A stretch of DNA of 64,000 nucleotides. Origin: Callorhinchus milii (taxonomy: Eukaryota). The DNA lies in the NCBI RefSeq assembly GCF_018977255.1, contig NW_024704749.1, positions 14,632,001-14,696,000 on the forward strand, read 5' to 3'. The notes beneath the pieces were generated by a model. That model did not search any database and was not told where the DNA came from. It saw only the letters and a list, made by a program, of their open reading frames with translations. Below, in pieces: positions 50,525 through 63,985 of this stretch. The position numbers and the translations under genes are program-made. How positions within the stretch are numbered: the stretch's first letter is position 1; every line of letters begins with the position of its first letter.

Positions 50525-50706
50525 GTAAAGATCCATCGTGGGGGTTGCGTATTTCTGCAGACGAAGGAATGGCGTGCGCAAATTGTCTGCCGCGTTCGCC
50601 TGCAAAATACGCAGTCACTACACTTTTGGCAGCGTATCCCGCGAAGCGCTTTGAAACGTCCGAATGGCACAACACCAATGTCAAAGATGTAAGGATTAAG
50701 GATTAA
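50525..50706 (+). mobile_element. Old DeuSINE 3' fragment
   Basis: gtaaagatcc...gtgcgcaaattgtctgccgcgttcgcc...gcgaagcgctttgaaacgtcc. Confidence 0.75.
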
Positions 50707-51489
50707 TAATTATTTTAGTCACAATGCGGCAGCTCAGCTCGGTCTGAATCCACTGCTGTAAGTGTGAACATTCTCCTGTGGTAGAGTGGTGAGGACGAGG
50801 CTTTGCCCTTTATCAGCCCTCACACTCACACGCCAGCCCGAGGCAACTGGAAACTGGACATTTGCCATTATTTTGTTTTTGTTTTCACATGAACGCTGAA
50901 GCTAAGAATTCAAATGCACAATCGCAACCTTGTCGAGTTTAGCGCAACTACAGAAGACCAGAGGCTTTGTGGTTTCAAATGCTTCCGCTTTAAAGAAGTT
51001 ATTTGCCTGGAACTTGTCGTTTTTTTTTTAAAAAAATCTATTTGCGGTAGATGAATTTATTCGCTACCGCTATTGTTTGGCTGATGTGCACAGCTGGTGG
51101 ATCCATTTACCCACGCTTTTTAGGAAAGCTCTTCATTCATGCTGTAGTTATGCCCTGGGAGACGCAGTGTGCGATCTACCCAGCAGTTGGCAAACTGCTC
51201 TGGGAACCGAATTTCTCAAATTGTCACTGAAAAATAAACGACAGAACAAGTCCCAAACAGCATTAATGGAGCAGCAGTCTTTTCCAAACAAAAAAGGAAC
51301 AGCTTAACAATTCTGTTAATTGAATTATATATATCACATAGATGTGCACTGGTCTGAACTGATCATACACTGTTGTATTCTCTTGAGTGTCTTTACTAGT
51401 CAGGTTTGGCGTGTGTGCTCAGTGATTCGCAGTATGTATACTCAGGACCTCAGCCAAGAGAAATAAGCTGAGTGATCTCCTCACTGAGA

Positions 51490-52030
51490 ACCATAGGAGT
51501 CTGCAGTACAGAAGATCATTCAGCCTATTATGTCTGCGCTGGCCCTTTGAGAAAAAAAGAGCGATCCATTCAGTCCTGTTGACTTGCATTTTTAGATTAT
51601 TAGATAAATAATTCATCTATCCAGCTTCGGGAAAGCAAATGCTGATCCTGCCTCGATCACCACACCCTGTGTTACATTCCACATCCTTAATTGTGTAAAT
51701 AAAACCTCCTAATGCTCCATTGCTAATTACCTTAAATTGATACCTTTCGTTGATCGACTGACTCACCAATGGAAATCATTTCTTCCTATCACAAGGTCAG
51801 AAGAGGAGGTTGGGTGAAGAAGGCCCTTTGGCCCATTTGATCTCATCCTTCCAGAATTCCTAACCTACTGTACCCTCAGCGCAGCAATAAGCTGTGTCTT
51901 AAATAAGTCCAGCGTCCTGGCCTCAATCAGCCTTCTTGGCGGCCTGTTCCAGTCTTCAACTCCTCATCAAATTTCCCCACAATCTTCAACGTTCCAGAGA
52001 AAATAGGTTTTGCTCTTCCAGTCTTTCATT
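51490..52030 (-). mobile_element. CR1 3' fragment interrupted by a second CR1-type 3' end (~51810-51960)
   Basis: cattcagcctattatgtctgcgctggc...ccttaaattgatacc...; insert gaagaaggccctttggcccatttgatctcatccttccagaa. Confidence 0.65.
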
Positions 52031-52377
52031 ACAAATCAGAAACACTGTTACCACTGGAGTGAAAGACATTCTCGTTTACACTGACATTTCCTGAGACGCG
52101 AGAAAGTTGTCAAAATGGCTCGACCTTTCAAAACGCAGGCGCAGCAGATCGATGGCTGGATTGAAGCAACTTTCCGTGTCTGCATTAGAACATCGAAAAC
52201 TCTTTGCACTCTCACTCCTGCCTTCTGAGGTAGAACTGCTAATTGTTACTGATAAGATTTAAAAGTAATGTCGCTAATTCACCACTGAGTGTCTTCAACA
52301 CAAGATTATCTCCCCAGCTCCAACCCAACAGTGCTTAAAGTGCTTTCCTCTCCAATGTAAACCATTGTGAGTCCCAG

Positions 52378-52697
52378 ATAATAATCCTTATAAACCTTGC
52401 ATTTGATATAGCGCTTTTCACGTCGGGAGGACGTCCCAAAGCACTTCACAGAACACACTAAAGTGAATTGACTGTATATTTGTGGGCGAACGCGGCAGCC
52501 AATTGCGCACAGCAATGTCCCACATACAGTCGTAGATTGAAAATGACCAATTTTTATTATTGTTTTTGGTTTTGGAGGGATTATTATGAGGTGTGTGGAG
52601 TAAGGAAACTTGCCCGAGGTTTCACCCTCTGCCTGTAATTGAACTCAGGTCTCTCGCTTGCAAAGCGAGTGGTCTAACCACTGAACTACAGGACTCC
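52378..52697 (-). mobile_element. Young full-length tRNA-Ala-like SINE
   Basis: Head-to-tail match to 42447-42768. Confidence 0.96.
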
Positions 52698-54829
52698 AAG
52701 ATCACCCCACCCGCTCCCAAATACAAAATGCATCAAGGTTTGTACTGAGTCTGGACATCACTTCTGCTCTTCCTTCAGGCCCTGACAGCACAACCTCTTC
52801 CCTCAGGTGACAAGGATTTTATTAATTATGATTGATTATTATTAATATTTCATTGTGTTGGAAAGCTGCTGCAGAAACAGGCTTCATCACTTTGTCTTGG
52901 TCAGAGGGGAGAAATAAGGCCAACAGATAATAATAATAATATACCTTATTAGATCAGAGTAAAGGGCAAATGACATGTTCAATCACATTTTGAATGCTAC
53001 AAATCTAGTATTGTCTACCCAGAGGCAGCCCAGTGGCTTGTGAAACGATTTCAATAATAACATGAACTCTGCACGTGAACCTTTGAATTAAGACTCAATG
53101 TTATGGATTTGAAACATGTCTCAATTATTGCTTTCCTTAAGTCTTATACATTGGTTTCTAAAAATATCAAGGAAATGTCTGTGAAGGAGGACGTGTCATT
53201 GGATACAGTGTCATACAAGAGCCTGTTTCGATTGCTTTCTTCGCGCATTTGGGGACCTTTGTTCCGCTCTTTGACCTCTGCCCTCACTTAAAAGATTCGA
53301 GTCAGCACGCAGAAAGGTGCATCGAATGCATAGGTTTCTCTTGCATTGTAATGATAATCAGTCAACAAAGAGTCAACGCGAGAGGAGAATGTGAGGAATG
53401 TTGCTCAGGCTCATTGGCAACCAGACATTTGACTGATGATATTCAGCTTCACACTGTCCCAAAGCACATTGATTTGTGCCGGGGCTGTGATTGTGTGTTG
53501 TCTTAAGTCAGAATTCCCGTTTAATTACTAGGATGAAAGCTGCACGTTCCACCAGCTGGAGTGGGGGGGGGGGGAAGTTTCATTATGAGATTAACTCAGA
53601 CAAGCAAAGAGGTTACGATTCAGAATCTATTAGAGGTTTCATTAAGAATAATGTGATTTCCATGTAGCGATTAGCGCTCAGAATAATCACGGAGAGTAGA
53701 TTAGTACCAGTCCATTGGGAAGGATTATGAAACAGGAAGGGGCAGCGTGCCCTGATGTGGTTTGAACTCGTATGGATTGGCTAATTCTTGGTGAGGATGC
53801 AGGCGGTAATCAATATCAGCTAGTCAACCAGGGAGCCTCCTAACATCTCAGAAGGCACATTCCTTTGCTCCCTTACATTTCACTGCTCTACGCAACTTCA
53901 ATGGAACTGCCCGCACGGATCTCTTTCGTTTACCTTTTCAACGCATCAAAAAAAAAAGTAATCGCTTGCGTTATCTCTCTGACATGCTCCAAGATGTCCT
54001 GTAACGCTCCACATTTTTCCTAATCGGCCCACGTCCCCGCAAGACGCACCGTCTGTGTGGTGTAGTGTTCTGTCCAATTGCCAGAGTTCCTTTACAAGTG
54101 CATTGCTCATTGAGATTGATCTGCTTGAGAGACTGGAACACTAGGCAATTCCTCTGCCAGATGAGATCCAACCGTGACAGCAGATCTTTGCGTTTGCACG
54201 AAATCATTTCTCGTACTCCACAATAACAGTCCTTGCATTTGACAACAGGCTCATCAAGTTATTGACGCCAAGTGGAGGGAGTAGTGTTATTCGCAGGCAA
54301 AGGTGGCGGCCAATTTGCACACATGAAATTCCCACAAACAGCGATGAAACGAGCGGCCAATTTATCTGGAGCAGTTATTGGATCTCTGCATTGGGTACCC
54401 ATTCCCCATTTCTTGCTCCACTGCGTGTTACCCTGAATTTACCTCGACTGAAATCCGCCATCAATTTAATTTGTTCAGATCATCATTTCTATTTGTCCTC
54501 ATACGATCGGCCCCATGTTGGCAGTCACAAGAAGATTTATGTTGGTGCATTTAGATTTATAACATTAAGCCCGTTTGTCAAATTGTATTCACACAGCAGG
54601 TGCAGCACACCCAGGTGTAGAGCCATTTGCAACTCTCCTCATCACTGCACAGCAGAATCGTTTTCCCAAACGCAGCCTTGTACCTCCTGTTGTTAAACAA
54701 GACTTCAATCCAATGACTTAATTTGCCATTATATCCACGTAAGTTTGAACTTTCTTCAAAAGTTCCAAATCCAGCTTTCTGGAAACAGTCAATTCTGTGC
54801 CTCGTCTGCAAATTCAGCAACTAAGAAGT

Positions 54830-55290
54830 CTTGCCCAGTTGGTAGCACTCTAGGCAGAAGGTTGTGGGTTGAGCTCAGGCCTTTGAACTCACTGTCCAGG
54901 TTTAACGTTCCAATGCAATGCTGGGGAAGCGTTGCATTGTCATAGCTGCCGTTCTTTGGATGAGACAGAACCTGAGGTCCCCTCTGGTTGCTTAGATGGT
55001 CATAAAAGATCCACTGGCCAGAGAAAAGAGCTTTTGCCCCACTGTGCAGGTCAACAACCCAAGATAAACCCTTGGTTTAGCGCTTTGGGACGTCCTCCCG
55101 ACGTGAAAGGCACTCTATAAATGGAATCTTGTTGTTGTTGGTTGCTCACCTCCTGGTTACTTTTGGACAAGTTGGCTGCCACATTCACCTACAAATACAT
55201 GGTCATTCCAATAGGTACGTCACTATGTTTTGAGATGTTTTGTTTCGACAACTTGTTAAGGTGCTATATCGATACAAGGATTATTATTGT
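54830..55290 (+). mobile_element. DeuSINE interrupted by a young L2 tail (55079-55141)
   Basis: ggtagcactc...gaaggttgtgggttgag...ggatgagac..., then agcgctttgggacgtcctcccgacgtgaaagg...ttgttgttg, then aagttggctgcc...caaggattatt. Confidence 0.8.
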
Positions 55291-56309
55291 TCCAGCATTA
55301 TGCGACGCTTGTAGGGAGCACATAGGATTCTAGCAACTCAAAGGTTATTGAATATAAGACTTGACTTTGGATGCTTTAATCTAGAGATTTAGATTGATAA
55401 AATGTTCATGTGCGGTAACTTGAGGCAAGGACACACTTAAATCATAAGATCAGTCAGCAACTAACCCCTGAACAGACCCAGAGGTGTTAACATTTCATAA
55501 GTCAATTAGTTAAGGGCTAATGCGATTTATTTGGTTTTTAAGCAACACTTAAGACAATTCCCCAGGAGATTACCACAAAATTAATATTTAAGTGCCAAAG
55601 GAAGCTGGGAAGAGAGTCTAAAATGTGATGCGGCTTAAGAGAGCAGGCAACGCAATCAAAGGAAATACCGTAAATAATACACAAAATATAGTGCCAATTG
55701 GTTGGCCAAATAAAATGGCTTTAAACACGAGTCAGTGTGTGTGTGTAAAAAAAACGACACGCTAACTGACACTGGGTTAACCGTATCCTTTAACACTCAT
55801 TCATCTAGTTATGCAGAGTTGTCAATTCGAGGGGACGTGCTTTGCAACACTGAAGATAGTTCTTGCAGACTCACTTGTGTTGCTTGACACCTATGATGAT
55901 GTACTTTATCTAACATGAAGCAGATAAGCCAGAATCCCTGTGCATTCAGAACCATTCACTCACAGAATTAGATATTTCCATTCCATGATTCGCCCTTGTC
56001 CTGAAATATCAAGGGTAGACCCTCAAAATCCGAGGGGTGTATTTCCTCGCGAGGGGTCGTGGGGTGGGTGTGCAGGTGAAATTAATTCATAGCAATGAAA
56101 TAGATGGGGACGACCACGGAGGAAAGTGGTGGTGGTGGAGGGGAGAAGAGGAGTTATTGAGTGATGAAAAGTAAACTTTTCAATGTTTTTTCTCTTACTG
56201 AAAGGGAAAAGGAGACAGTGGCAGTAGTAGCAGAAAAGGTCTCCTCGTGAAGTGCTTCTTTCGCTTTACTTGTACAGAGTGTTTGTGGACAAAATTAGTT
56301 AGTGTACTT

Positions 56310-56450
56310 AACAGCAACTTGCATTTATACAGCGTCCCTCACGCACGGTAGAGTCCCAGAGCGCTTAACAGCGGCGGAGCACCACCTGAGCCAGGGGGAG
56401 GTGACCCTGGAAGGTCCTCAGATGGGAAGGAGTAAATCTTGCGAAGCGCT
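56310..56450 (-). mobile_element. L2-type 3' end
   Basis: aacagcaacttgcatttatacagcgtccctcacgcacggtagagtcccagagcgctt. Confidence 0.7.
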
Positions 56451-57231
56451 TTAATATGTCGTCCTGGCATGCAAAGGGCGATGCCAAACTATTGTAAGTA
56501 ATGGGGAAATAGTCAAAGCCCCTTTGCTCCCCCAAGTAGGAATGACTCATCGCACAACTTGCCGGAAGCAGACAAAATGCATTACAGCGGATAAGCAACA
56601 GCTGAAATGTGAGCCCAAAGCTTCAGAACGGTGATGAAATTACACTTACAGCGCAAGTAATGTTTGGTCATTAACTTTTCCCTGCAGCACTGAAATTAGT
56701 GACAAATTGATACAAATACCCAAACAGATGGAACACTTCCAAATCGCGGCTTCAAAGTAATGGGGGGGAAAAAAATTTAAAAACACTAATTGATTCTTGG
56801 TTTCCCTCCGCAAAACAACACAACCCAGTTGCCGTTCTACATAATATTGTCGTTACTGTGCCTCCAAAGTAGATGTTTAAAAATCTTCTCGAAGGACAAT
56901 ACTTCACAGTTGTCTCCTGACACGTTGAGTCCTCTGTGTCGGTGCAGCTTTGCGCCTCACAGAAGTGAACCTGTTTATCGCAGTGCCTCGAACAGAAATG
57001 TTCAGCTGCGGCAGAGTTACGCGCAATCGATGCATTTTTACCAACAATAGAATGCATATTGGTGTTCCGTCACGCAACCAGTTCTCAAACTCTGCCTGTT
57101 CGTACCCCAACCATCACCCCCACCCCCGGGCAGAAGGTATAGCAACGACATCAATCCCTGAGAACGCTCTTACCTCCTCCCAAAGCCTTCAACTCACACA
57201 TTTTATCCATCATGATCGAAGTAAGAGTGCT

Positions 57232-57296
57232 TTCTATGTTAGACCCTGCCTGAACTACAGGCTTCCTCAACAAGGTCAGTCAAGCTGTCTCTGCCC
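57232..57296. repeat. Unclassified ~65-bp repeat, copy 1
   Basis: tagaccctgcctgaactacaggcttcctcaacaaggtcagtcaagctgtctctgc matches 60605-60670. Confidence 0.75.
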
Positions 57297-58666
57297 ACTT
57301 AGTTGTGAATATTCAGTGATGCAAGTTCAAGTGCCAACATACGACCTCCAAACTGTTAAGTGCTAGCAAGAAAGCTTCCCAATGCAGTCCTTTATTCATT
57401 GCACTCACTGTAGCAATCATTGCCAGGTTAGACGCAATACAGCAAAGTCACTCTTGTTAAACTACGGCATAGTCGTAACACATAGAATGAGACATTTCGG
57501 GCAGTGAGGGCAGCCATTCAGACTGTCATGTCTGAAAATGATGAACCAGAGAACTTATGGAAGACTTGGTGAGCGACTTGGAAACTGCAACATGTTGTTG
57601 TCCCAAAATGCCCAGGGCATTCCGTGACCTACATCATAAGAATCAATCTAAATCTACATTATTCTAGTTTAACTGTCGCAGAAGGTTTTTTGGCCCATCA
57701 AATCCTCTCCTTTCGTAGGACTTTGCAAACTTTACTTTGCTCTTGTTTTCCCAGGAAAGTTTGGCACACCTACTCCCTGATCGCTGAAGACAATCGAGCT
57801 ACACTTGAAACAAACCCAGAATCGTTTCCTACGTTCCCACATCTCGACTATTCACCGCTGGCCTGCCTCCATCCACAGCCCTTTCTTGCTGCAATTTCCA
57901 ATTAGTTTTCTCTCAGTGATCCACCCTTTTCTTCGCCCCACATTTGAATGAACTTGTGGCGTTTCCTTTGGCAGCAAAGCAAGTTCACGGAGGGTTTTGC
58001 ATTCTTCTCCTCTCGGCTTTTCAGAGATACACACACTGATGTGCGCTGGAGCCAGTCCCATCCCAGCATCTCTTGAAAATAATACATCTGACACATGAAA
58101 GCTACCCTTCATTAATAATTAACGACACACAAGGATAAAATTCCAGCACCACCCGCACATCCAGGGCATTTCAGTCCATCTGGAGCCTCAGACTATGAAG
58201 AACTCGCAGGCACAATGGACTGTGCATAAGCATTTCAGATCCAAACTATATTAAACCCCACATCCATGTTCTTACAGCAGAGGAGAAAAAGAGAGAGTAA
58301 AACACACAAGTGATCTCATTGTTGTTTCAGATCTCTCTCCATGCCAGACCTCAGATCTGTCACTGCTTCTGAGATGCAATTTAATGTCCCCGTCCTTTGA
58401 AATGTGTCTTTCTTCCATTGTCGAACATCTAAGGGATTTCAGCCACTTCCACAATAAAGATGATCAAAGGCGACAAAAAATACTTAAGAGCTCAAAGTGC
58501 TTGAATGACATTTCTGGGGAACACAGCAATTTCTAACATTTGTGCTCTCAAGTCCCATGATTTAGATACCTGAGAGAGCAAGACTGAGTGGTTTAAAATG
58601 CTGGATTTTGGCAGCTTAGCACCGGCTGCACCAGTTTGACATTTTATTCCCTCGTCTCGGGCCCAG

Positions 58667-58764
58667 GGTTGGATCCTGATCCACATTCTGCTTTCTCAAA
58701 TGGACGTATTCAAACTGAAGCGGCGCGCCACCTTTCGACAGCCGATCAGAATCAAACTTCCTGG
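58667..58764 (+). other. Candidate exon (98 nt)
   Basis: Acceptor ...ctcgtctcgggcccag and donor TGG|GTATGT; open frame GWILIHILLSQMDVFKLKRRATFRQPIRIKLP; unrecognised. Confidence 0.15.
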
Positions 58765-59851
58765 GTATGTCAGAACAGAGACGACGTAAATGTCAGGGCG
58801 AGAGACCAACGCACTTTGGTAAGCCCGTTAATTGGAAACGGCACTTTGCTTTATTGAGCTTATCCAAGATTCGAGTCTTCAAAATCCACGTAATTTTCCA
58901 TTGCGGCTCAGTGGGAGGGGAGATAAAGCACCGCAGGTACACAATGGCACTCTCTTTGAAGTTGCGAATGTGGATGATTTGCTGCTTTCGGCTGCTGTTG
59001 CTTATTGTGACTGAAGGGAATGAAGGAAGAGAGAAACCGTGGTTCACCTCGATGTACGCATTTGATGCTGCTTTTGCAAATTGACATTTGGAACACGACT
59101 TGTTTTATTATTCTGAACTCAAATCCCCCCCGAACTTAGTCTTGCTGCATTTGGCTGCAGATGTACACGTTTTGACGAGTCCACGTGATTTTCGGGCCCA
59201 GATTCAACCTCTGAATTTAGAAAATCTTGTGAAATGTCAATTAATCCTTTGCCTTCCTAAATGTTCCTGCTATTTGGGCGATTAGTACAACCTGTTATAT
59301 TGCGTGCATAGCGACGGATATTCAGAACTGGTAACAAAATTAATTTAAGCATTTTTTAATGTAATTCCTCTTGGCACAGGTTTCAACATTTAGCAAATTA
59401 CAGAATGAAGGGATTGGAGAAGAGCAATAGCCTCTGCAGTTGATCCAGCACCTTTCATGTCAGGAGGACATTTCAAAGCGCTTCACAGGATTTCCTGTAA
59501 AGTGTAGTGACTGTATTTTGTAATGCTGCTGCTGGTGTCCTCAAAACATAAGACCATATGGATGTGAAGGTTATACCATATGCATAAGACCGATAAAACC
59601 ATATGGATTGATGTGAAAAAGGTTTGACAACCTTGTCCATCCAAAATACTCTTGGCATTTTATCGCAGTGCAATGGAAGCTGAGCCACAACTGCAAAGCT
59701 TTTGGCTGCAAACCATCACCGTTCCAATTCCTTGTTAACCAACAATTAACCTGTAGCCATTTCTATAATAAGCGCCATCTGAATAAAAAAAACATTTCAA
59801 TGGCAACTGAGCACGGTTGACCTTGACAATGGATGTCTGGGCGCACCTGTA

Positions 59852-60040
59852 TTATAATAATAATCCTTGCATTTGATATAGCGCTTTTCAATTCTTGTAG
59901 ACGTCCCAAAGCTCTTCACAGAATATACTGTAAAGTGAATTGACTGTATATTTGTGGGCGAACGCGGCAGCCAATTGCGCACAGCAATGTCCCACAAACA
60001 GTCGTAGATTGAAAATGACCAATTTATTATTGTTTGTTTT
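59852..60040 (-). mobile_element. Young 5'-truncated SINE
   Basis: Close match to the 3' half of 42447-42768. Confidence 0.95.
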
Positions 60041-60467
60041 ACAAATAGACTCAATCGGACTGTTTGCTACAGTTCTTCAAATCGTCCTCATCCATTTGCC
60101 AAATGAGTTGCGTTCCCTCTGCCTTCCCAAAATGCACCTGACAAAGAAATATATGAGAACACCCTGGAAACTGGTTTCCCCTTAAATCGCATAAATCTTC
60201 CTTAACAGGTTGCCATTGAGTGCAGGAAAATGATAGACGGCACCGCGCACACACAGGCGCGTGGATTACTGCTTTGATTTACGGGGTCTCAAGCGACTCT
60301 AGACGCTTCCTGCAGCATCTCGAAGCGCAACCCAATAAACTTCAACAGCCTACTGTGCCTGGCTTACGTCTGAACAGCTCGTTTTCCTTCTCTTCTCTTC
60401 CCCTCCTCCCCATCCCACAACTAAATTAATCTCAAGTAGTTAAATTCTCTTGGCTCAAGTTCGTCCA

Positions 60468-60593
60468 ACTGGCTTCCGCTTTTTGCCCACAAAGTATACG
60501 GTCAATTCACTGTATAGTATATTCTGTGAAGCGCTTTGAGACGTCTCGAAGACGTGATGAGGCGCTGTAGCAAATGCAAGGATTATTATTATT
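60468..60593 (+). mobile_element. SINE tail
   Basis: gaagcgctttgagacgtctcgaagacgtgatgaggcgctgtagcaaatgcaaggattattatt. Confidence 0.9.
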
Positions 60594-60604
60594 CTCGTTT
60601 CAGT

Positions 60605-60670
60605 TTCTCTATGGTAGACCCTGCCTGAACTATATGCTCCCTCACCAAGGTCAGCCAAGTTGTCTCTGCT
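60605..60670. repeat. Unclassified ~65-bp repeat, copy 2
   Basis: tagaccctgcctgaactatatgctccctcaccaaggtcagccaagttgtctctgc. Confidence 0.75.
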
Positions 60671-60943
60671 TCCAACGATCTCAACCGTCTCACTGACAGA
60701 GAATTAACAGGAGTGAGGGGGGAAGAAATCCCCTTGGTGGATAGGCAATAATTCACCTTTTGATACTGCATTAACCTGCCTCAACCTTGAAGAGCAACGA
60801 GACAAGATTTTGATGGCAGGCCTCTGCTTACAAAACACTTCTGGGAAGAGAGGCACAAGTAAGATAAGCGAAATTAAGCTGTCAAAACAATGCCCAATTA
60901 TTTCAGTTCATTTGTCATATTCTTACAGAGGTCAGGGACAACA

Positions 60944-61275
60944 TCATAGGAACATAGAAAATGCTAGACAATAAAAAGACTAAGGTCCATCAAGTTCGCC
61001 TTCCCCCATCCTGGCAGTCGCTCGCACGTTTCCTGCCCTAAACTGCTCACATACTGTCTTCCAAAATATTATTCCCTAAAAAAACGATCTAATTAGCATT
61101 TGACAGAATCAACACTTTCTGCTTCCGCCGCCTCCCTTGGGTGCCCGTCCCATAGATTTACCGCTCGCTCACTGAAATAGCGTTTCCGCAGATTCATCTT
61201 GCATTTACCCTCCGCCCCCTTCAATCAATCGCGAGCCGTGTCCTCTGGTTCCGGTTGACACCAAACAATTTCCTG
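60944..61275 (-). mobile_element. CR1 LINE 3' fragment
   Basis: cataggaacatagaa tail; minus frame TRGH and RKRYFSERAVNLW. Confidence 0.8.
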
Positions 61276-62464
61276 TTAAGACGCCATGCTTCACGCCGGC
61301 GAGAGCGGGGAGAGAGAGAGAAAAAAAAATAAAGGCCACTCCCCGAGAACGGACCCGCAAGTTCCCGCGTACAGAGCTTGCGGTTTGCCCGAACGATTTA
61401 CAGATGTTGAGCCCGACCATAAAAGTGCTGCTGAGGTGTCTGCCTGCCTTGGGTCTTAAGTTAACTGTGTAATTTATTTCCTCCCCGGTCGCCCCTAATT
61501 ATTTAGAGTAGCACTGTTAATTTTGGAATTGCAGCTGTAAAACAAAATGTACTCGCACGCGCACACAGGATTGGAGCATCGTAAGTGTTCGCTGTTCAGC
61601 GGGATCCTATTTGACTCTGCGTATTAGGAGCTTGCTAAGACAATGAGCGATGCTGGATATTGTTGGCTGGCTTGCACTGTGGACAGCTGGTAATAGTGGG
61701 CTAGGATTTGCATACCACTGTGGTGCGCAGGCCTTTCAAAACTATTTATACTGGCTCGGCAGCCTGTGTGGTGTGTGCGCAGTCAATTAAAGATGCCGTT
61801 TCAAACTCAGCACTCAAGACTTCACAGACCAAAGGGTGGAGTTAATGAACATGCTGATTACCATTCAGGCAGTGATTACTATTTGCATCGTAATGTATCT
61901 GACACTCGCAATCCATTTAACTGTAATTATGAGCAAACAAGCACCCTGCTTTACCCATTTGTCCGCAGCGAAGAGGTCTTCAGACCACTTGCTTTTCGAC
62001 AACTCTGCGTTACAAGTGTACTTCACGGATGCATTCCTCGGCTGGGTCACACACTTGACCTCTTGTACCCCTCTGCTCCCCAAGTTGAGCAAAGTCACCC
62101 CCGCCTTGGGAAGCAGTGCTGAAGGCAGTGGTCCCGTACACATACACGATTCGACATTGCTCCAGAATGAGTTGCTGAACAAGTAATATCAACCCATCTT
62201 AACGCTCCACTAAATGCTCCCACATCCGTATCGCCTTGTTTGGAGACAGCATTGTGACAACTTGAGTGTTCTTAAGGAGTCTAACCGAGCCATCTTACGA
62301 CATCACTGAAATGACTCAACGCACTTTGCAGGATTTACTCTGGTGTTGTGCATTTGTAGACGAATGCAGAAGACAATTTTTGCATACTAATTCAACAACA
62401 ACCACCACATGCATTCACATAGCACCTTTTACATTGGATGGACCACAAAAAGCCATGCAGTAAA

Positions 62465-62822
62465 TTATCTTTATATTCCTGGGGGTTTGTTAGCCCGGAC
62501 ACTGGGAGAAACTGCCTTCCCTTTTCAAGCAGTGCACTGACATGTTTATCATCCACCTGAACAGGCAGGTGGGACCTCAGTTGCAAGCTTCATCCTAAGG
62601 AAGAGCAATCTATCTCCGGAATTTCCAGGTGTAGGCGCGATGCATGGAATTCTCGGTTTGGTTTGGATGCTCTTGAGCAACGGTGATGGGACTCTGCGTG
62701 TGTCACGACACCCGGCTGACCAAACATAAAGTTCAGCAACCTCCGCCAATGCAGCACTCCCCCAGCACTGCACGCGAGTGTCAGCCTTGACTGTGAGCTC
62801 GCAGACCTGACATGGGGTTTGA
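62465..62822 (-). mobile_element. DeuSINE interrupted by an unclassified element
   Basis: catccacctgaacaggcagg...[insert 62612-62734]...aatgcagcactccccc.gcactgcac..gagtgtcagcct. Confidence 0.85.
62612..62734 (+). mobile_element. Unclassified element, copy 3, with probable 8-bp TSD
   Basis: Flanked by agcaatct (62604-62611) and agcaacct (62735-62742); homologous to 789-925 and 6911-7050. Confidence 0.7.
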
Positions 62823-63714
62823 CATGACAAAATCATCCAATGCACCTGATGATTTTACTAACAAAGCATCGGGACCAGAATTGGTGAGAAAACTCAAGGG
62901 AAGCCACATGTGTTCTCCAGTGAAAGACCTGACAGCTTTTCACCTGACATTGCTTGGCTTCATTTCTGCGGCCCCAGATACAGAGGGGAACATCAACAGC
63001 TTGAGATGTGCAATTAATTAGACATTCAACTTCAACCATCTCTGCAAACCTTTTATTAACTTTCAACACATCCAAACAGATAGCACAGTTGTTTGAAATG
63101 TACCCTCAACACATTCAGAGCCTTCAATCCATTGGACACAGTTGGATAAGGCTAAAAAAAAATTAAACAGATGTCTGCGCCCATGATGAAACCTGCAATT
63201 TTCCTATCAAGATGATCAATGAAATAGCTGAAGACTTTTTAGTGGTTGTTTGGGCTCACACAGTCTCCATAATAGTGCGGTTAATTTTATGAATAATTTA
63301 TTAAGACTCAAGGGTTCATCTATAATTATTAATCTTTTCACAGGTTTCAGCTGTAATGTTTAATAGATTACATGCACACATTAGTCATAGGCTCATGATC
63401 GGCAAAAGTAGTTTTTTTTAAATAGGAAACAAAGGAGATCAGATTTTTAAAAAAAACTTGTTGGCCTACACAATGCACGCACACGACTTTACAATAGTTT
63501 TAATGAAGCGCGTTGAGACATCTTCTGGATGCAAAAAAAAGGGATATCGAAGCCAAGGATTATATTATTAAGTTATACTTAAATGTGATAGCTGTAGCTT
63601 CAATATTGCTAATGGTATAGTGGATAATTATTTTACCACCGGTACAAGCAGATAATTGGTTCAATTTTCTTTTGGGGGGAGGGTGGGGCAGCAAATTTGA
63701 GGGTTCACTCCCCA

Positions 63715-63985
63715 CGAGGTCTGGTTGGCCTGATCAGGTTAACGGTCAAGATGCCACGGCGCAAATCGAAGAGAGAAGGGAGTTCCTCCCGGTGTCCTGG
63801 CTAACAATTCCCCCCCGAACAAAACAGTGCTGTTTGCAGGGCACTGCTGCGCTGATTCGGCCGTTGAGTTCGACTTACAAATACAAGACGACACACACAT
63901 TGCAGAGGAACTTTCTGAAACGCTTTGAGACGTTTGAAGATAAGGCAATGTTTAAAAGAAAAAAAAAATCCAGGGATTATCATTC
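63715..63985 (+). mobile_element. DeuSINE 3' part
   Basis: gaagagagaagggagttcctcccggtgtcctggctaacaattcc...aaacgctttgagacg. Confidence 0.8.
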
